Positions 9,501 to 20,531 are shown, counted from the stretch's first letter. The stretch: 64,000 nucleotides of DNA from Gemmatimonadaceae bacterium (GCA_051859245.1 JBHYGA010000001.1:672001-736000), one strand, 5' to 3'. Translations and numbers: made by a program. Notes: generated by a model from the sequence alone, not told the origin.

Positions 9501-10226
9501 GTGAGCAAGAAGACTGTCAAACCACAAAAGTCGCCGGTGCCGTTCTACGCGCTCCTGGCCGTAGTCGCCGCCGTTGGTGCCTATGTGTTGTACACCGTCA
9601 CCCGCCCCACCGCTCCGGTCGCCATTGCCGTGGCCCCAGGATCGGCGCCGGTCGAAGCGTCGGGCTACCTGTACGGCAACGCCGACGCGCCGGTCAAGAT
9701 CATTGAATACGCCGACTTTGAGTGTGGTGGATGTGCGCAGTTCAATGTTCTGGTGACGCCCGACATCAAATCGCGCATTGTTGACGCCGGACTGGCCAGC
9801 TTTCGTTTCTACGACTTCCCGCTCAACATCCATCCGAACGCCATGGCCGCACATCTCGCCGCCGCCTGCGCTGACGATCAAGGGAAGTTCTGGGTGATGC
9901 ACGATCGGATTTTTGCCGGTCAGATCGACTGGAACACACAAGCCACACGCAATCCGCGCAAAGCGCTCGAGGGCTACGCCAAAGAGCTCGGCCTTGATAT
10001 GGCCGCGTGGAACACGTGCTACGACTCGCAGAAGCATGTCGCGCGGATCGAGGCCAATCGGAATGCTGGTATCAAGATGGGTGTGGGATCAACACCGACG
10101 GTGCAGGTGGGTGACCGCCTCTATCCCGGTGGCCTGAGCAGCGATCAGATCAAGTTCATCGTGGACTCCATGGTGGCCGCCATGCCGGCGGTGATGCTGA
10201 CGCCCAGCGACACCGCCAAGCCGTAA
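9501..10226 (+). CDS. Membrane-anchored DsbA-family thioredoxin-fold protein
   Basis: N-terminal TM; G..DAPVKIIEYADFECGGC, DFPL..HPNA, GVGSTPT cis-Pro loop. Confidence 0.88.
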   Translation: MSKKTVKPQKSPVPFYALLAVVAAVGAYVLYTVTRPTAPVAIAVAPGSAPVEASGYLYGNADAPVKIIEYADFECGGCAQFNVLVTPDIKSRIVDAGLASFRFYDFPLNIHPNAMAAHLAAACADDQGKFWVMHDRIFAGQIDWNTQATRNPRKALEGYAKELGLDMAAWNTCYDSQKHVARIEANRNAGIKMGVGSTPTVQVGDRLYPGGLSSDQIKFIVDSMVAAMPAVMLTPSDTAKP

Positions 10227-10246
10227 CGACCGTACCGTGAACAAAT

Positions 10247-10282
10247 CGCCCCCGCTGATACAGATCGGCGGGGGCGTTTTTT
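10247..10282 (+). terminator. Intrinsic terminator
   Basis: CGCCCCCGCTGAT-acag-ATCGGCGGGGGCG followed by TTTTTT. Confidence 0.8.
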
Positions 10283-10285
10283 GTG

Positions 10286-10675
10286 CTAGGCCAACCGGCG
10301 TCGGGCGGCGGCTGCGTCGTCCAGCCGCAAGCGCGGGCGTACCGGGAGTTCGTCGGTGCTGGCGTGTGGCTCGGCAACCGGCGAGGCGCTGGTACGTGCC
10401 GACATCAGTCCCTCGCCAAGCGCCACGAGCGCACGGGTAATGATCACACCGGCCAGTGGGTCGGGCACCGCCATCTCACGCACGTACACTTCGAGCGCGC
10501 GCTCGAACGGCACATCGGGCGCGAGTGCGTCCACGAACAGCAGGGCGTTCTCTACATGGGCACGCACAATTGCCTCGTCCGCTCGCGCCTGCGCGAGGCG
10601 CAGTCGCTGCTCCACGGCCGGAGACAACTTGCGCGAGAAGATCGATTCGGGAAGCAAACGACGGAAGAGATCCAT
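10286..10675 (-). CDS. Hypothetical protein (129 aa)
   Basis: Clean ORF with ATG, helical composition, preceded by a TAAATT-N6 element. Confidence 0.7.
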   Translation of the reverse strand: MDLFRRLLPESIFSRKLSPAVEQRLRLAQARADEAIVRAHVENALLFVDALAPDVPFERALEVYVREMAVPDPLAGVIITRALVALGEGLMSARTSASPVAEPHASTDELPVRPRLRLDDAAAARRRLA

Positions 10676-10769
10676 GATGTCAATTTAGACGCTATTTGGC
10701 TCAGGATGTTTCGTCCCGGGTGCCAGCGCTGGTGACAACCGTCACGAATCTCTCACCGTCGCGTGCTTT

Positions 10770-12737
10770 TTAGCTCTCCTGCGCCTCGTATTGCTCCTTG
10801 AGACCGGCCACTACACCCGGATCGGCCAGCGTCGTGGTGTCTCCCAGCGCGCGTCCTTCGGCGATGTCGCGCAGCAGCCGACGCATGATTTTGCCCGAAC
10901 GCGTCTTGGGCAGATCAGCGCTGAACAGAATATCGTCGGGGCGGGCCAGTGCCCCGATTTTCATGGCCACATGTTCGCGCAGTTCGTCACGCAGCGACGG
11001 GCTGGCGTGAAAGCCCGTGCGCAGCGAAACGAACGCGGCAATCGCTTGTCCTTTCATCTCGTGTGCTTTGCCAACGACAGCCGCTTCGGCAACGGCCGGA
11101 TGGTCAACCAGCGCACTCTCCACTTCCATCGTGCCAATGCGATGTCCGGACACGTTGAGCACGTCGTCGACGCGTCCAAGAATCCAGTAGTAACCGTGAT
11201 CGTCGCGCTTAATGCCGTCGCCGGGAAAATACAAATCGGGACGACCGGGCCATTTGCTGAAATACGTGTCGACGTAACGCGCGTCGTCGTTCCAGATCGT
11301 GCGCAACATGCTCGGCCACGGCTTCGTAATCGCCATCAGGCCGCCACCCTTTTCGAGTTCGTTGCCATGCACATCAACAAGCGCGGCGTGAATGCCAGGA
11401 TACGGCGTTGTCGCCGAGCCGGGTTTCGTTGACGTCACACCAGGCAACGGGCTGATCATGATGGCACCGGTTTCTGTTTGCCACCACGTATCCACAATCG
11501 GGCAACGTTCACCGCCAATGTGTTCGTGATACCACATCCACGCTTCAGGATTGATCGGTTCACCAACGGAGCCGAGCAGTCGCAGTGTGGACAGGTCGTA
11601 CGGTTTTACGAGGGACGCGCCCCATTTCATGAACGCGCGAATGGCGGTTGGTGCGGTGTAAAAAATGGTGACGCCGTAGCGCTCGATGATTTGCCAGAAA
11701 CGATCTTTCTCGGGCCAGTCGGGCGCGCCTTCGTACACGATGCACGTGGCGCCGTTGGCGAGCGGGCCGTATGTGAGATACGAGTGGCCGGTAATCCAGC
11801 CAATGTCGGCGGTGCACCAGAACACGTCTTGTTCTTTGAGATCAAACACGTGTTTGGTGGTGCTGGCCACGCCGGTGAGATAGCCACCAGTGGTGTGGAC
11901 GATGCCCTTGGGTTTTCCCGTGGTGCCACTCGTGTACAGAATGAACAACAGGTCTTCTGCGTCCATCACTTCTGGTGCGCACAGCTTGGGCACCTGACGC
12001 TTGAGACGATGCCACCAGTGATCGCGTCCGTCTGTCATCTCCGCGAACGTTTCGTCGCCAACACCAGTGCGTCGGCGCATCACAACAAGCACGTGTTCAA
12101 TCGTGGGGCAGTCGGCGACTGCTTTGTCCGCGTTGCGCTTGAGTGGCACCATCTGTCCGCGGCGATATCCTCCGTCGGCGGTGATAAGCACTTTCGCGCC
12201 TGCGTCGTTAATGCGATCGCGAAGCGCTTCCGGCGCAAAGCCACCAAACACAACGGAGTGCACCGCGCCAATGCGCGCGCAGGCGAGCATGGCGATGACG
12301 GCTTCGGGAATCATCGGCAGGTAAATCGCCACGCGATCACCTTTTTGCACGCCGAGATGCTTGAGCATGTTGGCCGCGAGATTCACTTCGCGGTACAGAT
12401 CCCAGTAGGTGTACGTGCGACGATCACCTGGCTCGCCTTCCCAGATGAGAGCGGCCTTGTTGCGTCGCGGGCCGTGAATGTGCCGGTCCACGCAATTCAC
12501 GCAGGCGTTGAGCTGGCCTCCGGTGAACCACTTGGCATGGGGCGGCGTCCACTCGAGCACCTGATCCCAGGGGCGATCCCACTGCAGCGTGGCGGCTTCT
12601 TCTGCCCAAAAGCCCTCAGGATCAGCGGCTGCACGCTCGTGCAGCGAGCCGTCGCGCACGAGCGCGTCGTTGCGGAAGGCGTCGGACGGAGGGAAGAGAC
12701 GGTGTTCCTGCAGGAGAACGTCGATATCGCTGCTCAT
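10770..12737 (-). CDS. acs: Acetyl-CoA synthetase
   Basis: [47 protein letters not shown]. Confidence 0.97.
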   Translation of the reverse strand: MSSDIDVLLQEHRLFPPSDAFRNDALVRDGSLHERAAADPEGFWAEEAATLQWDRPWDQVLEWTPPHAKWFTGGQLNACVNCVDRHIHGPRRNKAALIWEGEPGDRRTYTYWDLYREVNLAANMLKHLGVQKGDRVAIYLPMIPEAVIAMLACARIGAVHSVVFGGFAPEALRDRINDAGAKVLITADGGYRRGQMVPLKRNADKAVADCPTIEHVLVVMRRRTGVGDETFAEMTDGRDHWWHRLKRQVPKLCAPEVMDAEDLLFILYTSGTTGKPKGIVHTTGGYLTGVASTTKHVFDLKEQDVFWCTADIGWITGHSYLTYGPLANGATCIVYEGAPDWPEKDRFWQIIERYGVTIFYTAPTAIRAFMKWGASLVKPYDLSTLRLLGSVGEPINPEAWMWYHEHIGGERCPIVDTWWQTETGAIMISPLPGVTSTKPGSATTPYPGIHAALVDVHGNELEKGGGLMAITKPWPSMLRTIWNDDARYVDTYFSKWPGRPDLYFPGDGIKRDDHGYYWILGRVDDVLNVSGHRIGTMEVESALVDHPAVAEAAVVGKAHEMKGQAIAAFVSLRTGFHASPSLRDELREHVAMKIGALARPDDILFSADLPKTRSGKIMRRLLRDIAEGRALGDTTTLADPGVVAGLKEQYEAQES

Positions 12738-12873
12738 GGTCGGAATCGGGTAGTGGGAAACGGCAACTAGTCGAACCTGTGCAACTGACGCGTCGCGGGC
12801 AACCGCTTTGGTGGCTAACCTTCAGGAATGTGCACGTTCCGATACTCCATTTCTTCGCGCCGGCAGGCTGTCG

Positions 12874-13596
12874 GTGGTTGAACAGCCCGCGCTGGTGGCC
12901 GAACGCGTGACCCGCAAGTATGGCGGTCGCGTGGCGGTGAAGGACGTGTCGCTCACGCTCTCCCCGGGCGATTGTCTGGCGCTCTTTGGCCCGAATGGGG
13001 CGGGGAAGACCACGTTGCTGCGCATGCTTGGCGGCCTTTTAAAGCCAAACAGCGGTACGGTGCGACTGCACGGCAACGCGCTGCCGGGTGAAGCGGAGAC
13101 GCGGCGATTGCTCGGCGTGATTTCGCACAAGTCCATGCTGTATGACGCACTCACGGTGCGAGAGAATGTGATGTTTGCGGCGGAGTGTCAGGGGCTGCGT
13201 GACGCGGCTGCGGCAACAACGCGCGCGCTTGAGATGTTGAAGGTGCTCGATCGTGCGGACACACCCGTACGCGCGCTGAGTCGCGGCCTGCAGCAACGTG
13301 TGTCGATCGCGCGGGCGTTGGTGCACGGGCCGCAGCTGGTGTTGCTGGATGAACCGTACACTGGGCTTGATGAGACGGGCGCGCGTGCGTTGACCGATGC
13401 GTTGCGCGCTTTGAAATCGAGCGGCGCAACGGTGGTGCTCATTACACACAATCTGAGTGAAGGGCTGGCGCTCGCGACGCACGCCACGATCATGCGCTCG
13501 GGGACATTTGCACATGAAATGCCGCGTCCTGAAGCGTCGTATGATTTGGCCGAGTATGCAGCGCTGTACCGCGAGATTGTGGCGGGTGGAGAGTGA
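12874..13596 (+). CDS. ccmA: Heme ABC exporter ATP-binding subunit (start uncertain)
   Basis: GPNGAGKTT Walker A, LSRGLQQR, LLDEPYTGLD; directly upstream of ccmB/ccmC. Confidence 0.85.
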   Translation: MVEQPALVAERVTRKYGGRVAVKDVSLTLSPGDCLALFGPNGAGKTTLLRMLGGLLKPNSGTVRLHGNALPGEAETRRLLGVISHKSMLYDALTVRENVMFAAECQGLRDAAAATTRALEMLKVLDRADTPVRALSRGLQQRVSIARALVHGPQLVLLDEPYTGLDETGARALTDALRALKSSGATVVLITHNLSEGLALATHATIMRSGTFAHEMPRPEASYDLAEYAALYREIVAGGE

Positions 13597-13668
13597 CCAC
13601 GGTCTTGTGTACGCACCCGGTGGCTCGCACATGAGTGCCTGGTTTCATGTGCGAACAGCAGGCGCACG

Positions 13669-14367
13669 ATGAGCAGCCTGTTTCGCGAGCCGTCGTTCTT
13701 TGCCGACGCCGTGCGCATTGCGCGCAAGGATCTGCTGATCGAGTTTCGCACGCGCAGCGGATTTTTATCCGCGACGGTGTTCGCGATGCTGTCCATTGCG
13801 ATCTTCCGGTTTTCGTGGGACCCGACCGCGGTCTCGTCGATCGACTTGGCGCCCGGCATTGTGTGGGTGATTTTCACCTTTGCCGGCTTGCTTGGTCTGA
13901 ATCGATCGTTCGGTGTGGAGCAGGCCGATCGGGCGCTCGACGCGCTGCTCGCGTCTCCCGTTTCTCGCGAGGCGGTGTTTGCGGGCAAGGCGCTCGGCAA
14001 CCTCTGTTTCGTGCTGGCGGTGCAGGTGATCGCACTGCCCACGCTGGCGCTTTTTTTCGGGCTGCCGGTGGCGCCGGAGTGGTGGGGCGTTGGCGCCATC
14101 GCGCTGCTCGCGGCCGTGGGTTTTGCGGCTGTGGGAACCCTGTTCGCGGCCATCGCGTCGAATACTCGACTGGCCGAGATGCTGCTGCCCATGCTGGCGC
14201 TGCCGTTTTTTGTGCCGGTACTGATCCCGGCGGCTCAGGCCACGTCGAAGTTGCTGGCGGGGCTGCCGCTCACTGAGGTAATTGCGGAGTTGAAGATCCT
14301 CGCGGCCTTCGACATTGTGTTCGTGGCGGCGTGTACGCTCGCCTTCCCGTTTACGCTTGAGGAATAG
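13669..14367 (+). CDS. ccmB: Heme exporter permease CcmB
   Basis: KDLLIEFRTR, APGIVWV..FAGLLGLNRSF..E, LLPMLALP..VPVLI. Confidence 0.9.
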   Translation: MSSLFREPSFFADAVRIARKDLLIEFRTRSGFLSATVFAMLSIAIFRFSWDPTAVSSIDLAPGIVWVIFTFAGLLGLNRSFGVEQADRALDALLASPVSREAVFAGKALGNLCFVLAVQVIALPTLALFFGLPVAPEWWGVGAIALLAAVGFAAVGTLFAAIASNTRLAEMLLPMLALPFFVPVLIPAAQATSKLLAGLPLTEVIAELKILAAFDIVFVAACTLAFPFTLEE

Positions 14368-14370
14368 GTC

Positions 14371-15087
14371 ATGACCTCCGTTTCTGCCGTGGACTCGCGT
14401 TCCACCACGGCGCGCCCGTTGCCCGCGTTTGACTGGTTGTTGGGGCTGGCCGTGCTCGCGGTGGGCGCGATGACGGTGCGCGCGCTGATGTACACGCCGG
14501 CAGATGCCGCGCTTGGCGCGGTGCAACGCATTCTGTACATCCATGTGCCGTCGGCGATTCTTGGCATGTACGTGGCGTGCACGATCATGGCCGCGTGCGG
14601 TGGATTGTTCTTGTGGCTCAAGGACGATCGCCTGGATCGGATTTCAGAGTCCGCGGCCGAAGTTGGGTTCGTGTTCCTGACCGTGGTGCTGGCGACCGGA
14701 GCGATCTGGGGCAAATCGTCGTGGGGCACGGCGTGGGCGTGGGAGCCAAGGCTGACATCGGCGTTGTTTCTCTGGTTTGTGCTGTTGTCGTATCTCGTGC
14801 TTCGCGACGCGATTGAAAACCGCGATACGCGCGCGCGGCTGTCCGCGGTGCTCGGAGTGTTGGCTCTGCTGCTCGTACCGTTCATTCACATGACGGTGTA
14901 CTTGTTTCGCGGCTTGCATCCGGATCCTGTGGTGTTGCAGCCAGGCAAGCCCAAAATGCCACCGGAAATGTTGATCACGTGGTTGTTCGCTGTGGGCGCG
15001 TTTGCGCTGCTGTTTTTTGCCTTGTTGCGCTTGCGGTATCGCTGGGCCACGGCGCGTGATGCACGACTGATGCTGGAGCAGGCGTGA
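14371..15087 (+). CDS. ccmC: Cytochrome c biogenesis protein CcmC
   Basis: ILYIHVPSA, tryptophan-rich WGKSSWGTAWAWEPRLT, GLHP. Confidence 0.9.
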   Translation: MTSVSAVDSRSTTARPLPAFDWLLGLAVLAVGAMTVRALMYTPADAALGAVQRILYIHVPSAILGMYVACTIMAACGGLFLWLKDDRLDRISESAAEVGFVFLTVVLATGAIWGKSSWGTAWAWEPRLTSALFLWFVLLSYLVLRDAIENRDTRARLSAVLGVLALLLVPFIHMTVYLFRGLHPDPVVLQPGKPKMPPEMLITWLFAVGAFALLFFALLRLRYRWATARDARLMLEQA

Positions 15088-15293
15088 GCGCGCTGATCTC
15101 GGTGAACGCGTTGCGGGCGCAGGAAGCGGCTGCAGCAGATTCCGCGGCGCAGGTCGCAGCGGCACCAGCGCGCGTCGGCCCTCCAGATACGTCTTACTAC
15201 ATGAAGCTCGGCTACATCGTGGCCGGCGTGATTTTCGCCGCGTACATTTTGGTCATGCTGCGACGCATCGCGTCAGTTCGACGCGGCTCGTGA
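15084..15293 (+). CDS. Small single-TM protein, probable CcmD equivalent
   Basis: 69 aa, overlaps both neighbours by GTGA; YMKLGYIVAGVIFAAYILVML followed by a basic tail; position right after ccmC. Confidence 0.55.
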   Translation: MSALISVNALRAQEAAAADSAAQVAAAPARVGPPDTSYYMKLGYIVAGVIFAAYILVMLRRIASVRRGS

Positions 15294-16051
15294 GTGCGTT
15301 GCGCGTTGCGGTCACGCGCGCGGCAGGAAAAGCGGAGTCGCTGTCGAGTCGACTGATCGCGGCGGGCGCCGAAGTGCACGAAATTCCGCTCACACGAATC
15401 GCGCGGCTTGATCCCGCGCCACTGCACGCAGCACTCGCCAACATCGCGCCGGTGCGATGGATTCTGCTCACGAGTGTGAACGCCGTGGAAATATTCGCCG
15501 ACGCGGTGCGTTCCACGAACACGGGCGATGCAATCGCTGATCGGTACGTGGCCGTTGTGGGTGACGTGACCGCGCAGGCGGCGGAGGCGCACGGTTGGCG
15601 CGCCGATATGGTGCCAGCGCAGTTCACTGCGGAAGGAATGCTGGATGCGTTTGCCGCGCGTGGTGATGTGGCGGGCACCACGGTGCTGTATCCGTGCGCG
15701 GTGGCCGCGCGCGATGTGTTGCCGGATGGTTTGCGCGCGCTCGGTGCCCACGTGCTGGTGGTGCCGTGTTACGAGAGTGTGCCCGATCGCGATGGACAGC
15801 GCACACTTGGGCAAATGCTTGCGAGTGGGATGCTCGATTTGATCACCGTTGCTGCACCGAGCGCGGTTGACGCACTCGCTGATGCTGTGCCGCCGGAGCA
15901 GGCTTCGCGCGTGCAGCTGGCGAGCATCGGGCCGGTGACGTCAAAGGCTGCGCGTCAGGCCGGGTTTCGTGTGACGGTGGAGGCAAATCCGTACACCGCT
16001 GAGGGATTGGTGCGCGCGATTGCGGAGTGGCGGGCGCGGACCACGAGGTAG
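15290..16051 (+). CDS. hemD: Uroporphyrinogen-III synthase
   Basis: RVAVTRA, LLTSVNAVE, VGDVTA, ASIGPVTSKAA; lies in the heme cluster. Confidence 0.9.
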   Translation: MSALRVAVTRAAGKAESLSSRLIAAGAEVHEIPLTRIARLDPAPLHAALANIAPVRWILLTSVNAVEIFADAVRSTNTGDAIADRYVAVVGDVTAQAAEAHGWRADMVPAQFTAEGMLDAFAARGDVAGTTVLYPCAVAARDVLPDGLRALGAHVLVVPCYESVPDRDGQRTLGQMLASGMLDLITVAAPSAVDALADAVPPEQASRVQLASIGPVTSKAARQAGFRVTVEANPYTAEGLVRAIAEWRARTTR

Positions 16052-16052
16052 C

Positions 16053-17255
16053 GTGCACACACATGGCCCGCGGCGCCTGCCGCGAGAGGTCTGGGTGTTG
16101 GGGGTGGTCAGTCTGTTGACTGACATGTCGTCAGAGCTGGTACACAGTCTGCTGCCGTTGTATCTCGTCTCGACACTCGGCGCGTCGATGCTTGTGGTCG
16201 GCGCGCTCGACGGTGCGGCGGAGTTTGTCGCGCTTCTGGTCAAAACATTTTCTGGTCGACTCAGTGACCGAACCGGCAAACGCAAGCCGCTCGTGTTGCT
16301 CGGCTACGGACTCTCGGCTGTGACCAAGCCGTTCTTTCCGCTCGCGGACTCGATCGCTCTCGTTGTGAGCGCACGCCTGATCGACCGAACGGGCAAAGGC
16401 ATTCGTGGTGCACCACGCGATGCGCTGATCAGTGATGTGACCGATGCGGCGCAGCGTGGCGCGGCGTTTGGACTGCGTCAGTCACTAGACACAGTTGGCG
16501 CGGTGCTGGGACCACTGCTCGCGATCGGTGGCATGATCTACTTCGCGTCGGACGTACGCACTGTGCTCTGGATCGCGGTGATTCCCGGGGCGATTGGGGT
16601 GCTGCTACTCGCGACGCTCGTGCGAGAACCGGCGCACCGTGCAATGCGCGTGAGTGAGGCTGTCGCAGGTGGTGGTCAGACCAGCACAGCGTTCGCTGGG
16701 CTCGGCCGCGCGTATTGGCAACTTGTTCTCTTTGGCGCGCTGTTGATGTTCGCTCGCGGCACCGAAGCATTTCTGGTGTTGCGTGCATCGAACGTTGGCC
16801 TGTCCGATACGTGGACGCCGCTCACGCTCGCAATTATGAGCCTGGCGTACGCACTCACGTCTTGGCCGGCTGGACACCTGTCAGATCGCATGCCGCGCGA
16901 GCGACTGCTCGTGATCGGTCTCGTGGTGCTCATCGTTTCGCATATGCTGCTAAGCGTCTCCACAAACATTGTGTGGACACTCGGTGGCACCGCACTCTGG
17001 GGCGTACACATGGGTCTCACGCAGGGAATTATTTCCGCGATGCTGGCCGATCGATCGCCCAAGGCGCTGCGTGGCACGGCGTTCGGCGTCTACGCCACGG
17101 CGAGTGGTGTGGCGCTGCTCGCGTCGGGCGCCGTTGGTGGATACTTGTGGCAGCGCGTGTCGCCGAGTGCGACGTTCCTAACGGGCGCTGTGGTGGCGCT
17201 TGTCGCGCTGCTTGCACTCCGATTGGTGCCGTCAACCCCAGTGGTGCGAGGTTAG
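16053..17255 (+). CDS. MFS transporter
   Basis: VWVLGVVSLLTDMSSE, GRLSDRTGKRK, DRTGKGIRGAPRDALI; about 12 TM segments. Confidence 0.9.
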   Translation: MHTHGPRRLPREVWVLGVVSLLTDMSSELVHSLLPLYLVSTLGASMLVVGALDGAAEFVALLVKTFSGRLSDRTGKRKPLVLLGYGLSAVTKPFFPLADSIALVVSARLIDRTGKGIRGAPRDALISDVTDAAQRGAAFGLRQSLDTVGAVLGPLLAIGGMIYFASDVRTVLWIAVIPGAIGVLLLATLVREPAHRAMRVSEAVAGGGQTSTAFAGLGRAYWQLVLFGALLMFARGTEAFLVLRASNVGLSDTWTPLTLAIMSLAYALTSWPAGHLSDRMPRERLLVIGLVVLIVSHMLLSVSTNIVWTLGGTALWGVHMGLTQGIISAMLADRSPKALRGTAFGVYATASGVALLASGAVGGYLWQRVSPSATFLTGAVVALVALLALRLVPSTPVVRG

Positions 17256-17345
17256 TCGGCGAAGAGCGCCGCGAGATCGATCCCGAGGGGAGCCGACGCG
17301 TTCAGCGGATGCCACACTAGCGTTCTGCGTTCGATCTGCGGGGAG
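17252..17345 (-). pseudogene. Probable 3' remnant of a Uma2-family (PD-(D/E)XK-like) endonuclease gene
   Basis: Minus frame reads ...PQIERRTLVWHPLNASAPLGIDLAALFAD*, resembling Uma2 C-termini; in-frame stop about 50 codons upstream. Confidence 0.5.
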
Positions 17346-17521
17346 TGCACGTCTGACTGATGACGGGATTGGGTACGCAAAGCTGAGGCTGAGAACTCGC
17401 GATCGGGCTAGCGGACCCGCAATGCACGTACTCTATTTGCCTGCCGAGGATCGTTCGGCCTGCATCTGGTCCGGCCAAGCCTCGCACCACGCCTGACCAC
17501 CACTCAACTGCCGCCGCGCCG

Positions 17522-18334
17522 ATGACACTCGCCCGCGCTCGACGCTTCGTGCAGTCCGGCCTCGGACTTTTCGTCGCCGGCGCACTGATCATCGCGTGGG
17601 TCGTGTATCGGCACTCGGGGGCCGACCTCCCCGTGCCGGCGGAGCTCACCGTGTTCGGCGCGTTCGTGCTTGCTGGCTCGGGACTGCTCGTAGCCTGGGT
17701 CGGTTGGCGCACGCTGCGTCTTGGCTCAGCCTCACAGGCCTTTGCGCGCTGGCGCGTAACAGAAGCGGAGTGGCAGACATATGTCGCAGCCTGCCGCGCT
17801 CGGGAGACGATGCCCGGTGCGCTGCGGGGGGCGGTGCCACTCGATTTGGCGGTGTCATCGCAGGGCATCGAAGTGCTGGCGTTACGCCGAGGTTTTCGCG
17901 TGGGCGACTCGTTTCATGAGCTCGGCACGCTCGGAGCGGAAGTACTCGACGTGCGTGTGGTAGATTCGCCGGCAGCGATGTTCGAGTTCAACGTGCAGTA
18001 CGCGACAGGCAAAACCAGCAGCGTCAGTCTCGGGTTGCGCATTCCCATTGCCAACGATTCAGCGCAGCTCGCGAAGCAGGTGGAAGACCACTGGATGGCT
18101 CGTGAGCCGCTGCAACTGATGTCAAGCGCGCAGTTGCGAGCACGCGAGCGGACAGCTTGGTGGACTGCACTGGGCGGACTCTTTGCGTTCCTCACCGTCA
18201 TCGCGATCTTCGTTTTCAGTAATCCGCCAGGCTGGGCGGCGATCGCACCCGTGGGAGCGCTAGCGGTCGCGTGCATCGGCTTTTTTCGTGGGCTTCGAGC
18301 GCGCAGCGTCCGCTGGCGCAAGTTCGGGCGATGA
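17522..18334 (+). CDS. Hypothetical membrane protein (2 TM + soluble domain + 2 TM)
   Basis: 270-aa ORF with hydrophobic pairs at both ends. Confidence 0.65.
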   Translation: MTLARARRFVQSGLGLFVAGALIIAWVVYRHSGADLPVPAELTVFGAFVLAGSGLLVAWVGWRTLRLGSASQAFARWRVTEAEWQTYVAACRARETMPGALRGAVPLDLAVSSQGIEVLALRRGFRVGDSFHELGTLGAEVLDVRVVDSPAAMFEFNVQYATGKTSSVSLGLRIPIANDSAQLAKQVEDHWMAREPLQLMSSAQLRARERTAWWTALGGLFAFLTVIAIFVFSNPPGWAAIAPVGALAVACIGFFRGLRARSVRWRKFGR

Positions 18335-18457
18335 AAGTCCGGGACCGCCCTTGGCACCCGTGCATGCGTCGGCATCCACGGCCCTTTTCGACATCGACGT
18401 GCCCGCGCCCAACGGCTAACTTGTGTGTCAACGATCCCTGACACTTTTCCCGATTGT

Positions 18458-19402
18458 ATGACCCACGTAGTCCGGATTGGTACTCGCTCGTCGGCGCTGG
18501 CCATGGCGCAGGCGCATCAGGTCGCGGCGCTGCTCGCCTCGCACGGCGTGGAGTCCACGCTCACAGAGTACACCACGATTGGTGACCGCATTCTCGACCG
18601 GCCGCTCTCGGCGATTGGTGAGAAGGGGCTGTTCACGGCCGAGTTGGAGGCCGATCTGCGGGCGAACCGAACGGACTGCGCCGTGCATTCGCTCAAGGAT
18701 TTGCCCACCGCTGATCCGGACGGCCTAACCGTGGTGGCGCTGCTCGAGCGTGAAGATCCGCGTGACGCACTGGTGGTCACTCAAGGTTCGTCGGTGCGGT
18801 CGCTGGCCGACTTGCCGAACGGTGCGCGCATTGGCACATCAAGTTTGCGACGTCGTGCACAGTTGCTCGCGCTGCGGCCGGATCTTGATGTGCAGGAGTT
18901 ACGAGGCAATGTGGGCACGCGACTGCGCAAGATTGACGAAGGACAGGTGGACGCGGCGTTGCTTGCGGCCGCAGGACTCAAACGTCTCGGCCTTGCAGAT
19001 CGCATTGTGAGTTTGCTCGATCCTCCAGAGTGGCTAAGCGCACCGGGGCAGGGTGCGATCGCCATTCAGTCGCGCACCGATGACGCGCCAATGCGTGCGT
19101 TGCTGGAACAACTCGATCACGCGCCAACACGTCGCGCAATTACTGCTGAGCGTGCGTTGCTCGCCGCGCTCGAAGGTGGATGTCAGGTGCCGATCGGTGC
19201 CGCCGTCGTTCGTGATGGTGACCGCTTGATGCTGCACGCGTGCATTGCTGATCTGTCGGGGCGCACGGTACTTCGCGGGACTCATCTCGTTGATGACGCC
19301 GCACCTGCCGAAGCTGGCGTGGCATTGGCCGAGCAATTGCTCTCCGACGGCGCCGGCGAGATTCTCGATCAACTGCGCGCCACCGGCGGAGGGCGCGCAT
19401 GA
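18458..19402 (+). CDS. hemC: Hydroxymethylbilane synthase
   Basis: [50 protein letters not shown]. Confidence 0.97.
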   Translation: MTHVVRIGTRSSALAMAQAHQVAALLASHGVESTLTEYTTIGDRILDRPLSAIGEKGLFTAELEADLRANRTDCAVHSLKDLPTADPDGLTVVALLEREDPRDALVVTQGSSVRSLADLPNGARIGTSSLRRRAQLLALRPDLDVQELRGNVGTRLRKIDEGQVDAALLAAAGLKRLGLADRIVSLLDPPEWLSAPGQGAIAIQSRTDDAPMRALLEQLDHAPTRRAITAERALLAALEGGCQVPIGAAVVRDGDRLMLHACIADLSGRTVLRGTHLVDDAAPAEAGVALAEQLLSDGAGEILDQLRATGGGRA

Positions 19403-20439
19403 GTACACCGCACATGTTTGACGGAGCGGAAGCAACCGTCGCCAATCGCGCCCCACTCGGCGGTTTCCCACGGGTACGCCCTCGCCGCCTGCGCGGTAGC
19501 GACGCCATCCGCCGGCTCGTGCGCGAAACACGACTGCACGAAGCCCAGTTCATTCTGCCGCTCTTCGTGCGACCTGGCGTTGGGCTCCGCTCGCCGATCG
19601 GCTCAATGCCTGGTGTTGCGCAAACATCAATTGACGAAATGCTGCGTGACGCAGAAGCAGCGTCGAAGGCCGGCATCGGCGGCGTCTTGCTGTTCGGCAT
19701 TCCCGACACGAAAGACGAAGTTGGTTCGAGCGGCTGGCACGAACACGGCCCGGTGCAGGAAGCGGTGCGTGCGATCAAGCGGGAGTTTCCGCAGCTGCTG
19801 ACCATCACCGATGTGTGCATGTGCGAATACACCTCGCACGGACACTGTGGTGTGCTGACCGCGACTGGTGACGTCGACAACGACGCCACGCTTGAGCTGC
19901 TCTCACGCGAAGCGTTGTCGCACGCCGAGGCGGGCGCCGACATTGTGGCGCCGAGCGACATGATGGATGGTCGCATTGGCCACATGCGTGACGCACTCGA
20001 TAGCGCGGGCTTCACGAACACGCCCATCATGAGTTACGCCGTGAAGTACGCGTCGGCGTTCTACGGTCCGTTTCGCGAAGCTGCCGAAAGCACACCCACG
20101 TTCGGTGACCGACGCAGCTATCAGATGGATCCCGCAAACGCCGCTGAAGGTATCAAGGAGGCGCGGCTCGATCTGGTGGAAGGCGCTGACATTCTGATGG
20201 TGAAACCCGCCGGCGCGTATCTCGATGTGATTCAGGCGGTAAAGCGTGACACAGGTGTGCCACTCTGCGCCTATCAGGTGAGCGGCGAGTTTGCGATGAT
20301 TCGGGCAGCCGCCGAACGCGGATGGATTGACGGTGAGCGCGCCATGATGGAATCGCTCACGGCCATCACGCGTGCCGGCGCCGATATGGTGATTACGTAC
20401 TTTGCGCTTGAAGCGGCGGCAGTGCTTCAACGCCGATAG
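19399..20439 (+). CDS. hemB: Porphobilinogen synthase (Zn-type)
   Basis: [40 protein letters not shown]. Confidence 0.97.
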   Translation: MSTPHMFDGAEATVANRAPLGGFPRVRPRRLRGSDAIRRLVRETRLHEAQFILPLFVRPGVGLRSPIGSMPGVAQTSIDEMLRDAEAASKAGIGGVLLFGIPDTKDEVGSSGWHEHGPVQEAVRAIKREFPQLLTITDVCMCEYTSHGHCGVLTATGDVDNDATLELLSREALSHAEAGADIVAPSDMMDGRIGHMRDALDSAGFTNTPIMSYAVKYASAFYGPFREAAESTPTFGDRRSYQMDPANAAEGIKEARLDLVEGADILMVKPAGAYLDVIQAVKRDTGVPLCAYQVSGEFAMIRAAAERGWIDGERAMMESLTAITRAGADMVITYFALEAAAVLQRR

Positions 20440-20531
20440 GCAGGCCGTAGCGCGGCGATTCGCGTCGCGTTGCTTGTTTGGTTCGCGTTGCGTCGCTTGC
20501 GCTGCAGCGCTCACTCTGGTCAGACCATCGC

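Noticed and set aside
9501..10226. CGGC active site of the DsbA-like protein as a novelty
   Set aside because: CxxC dipeptides vary widely in this family; not enough to claim unusual function.
13625..13654. 10-bp perfect inverted repeat between ccmA and ccmB
   Set aside because: Real but single, with no U-tract or second copy; at most an mRNA-stabilising hairpin.
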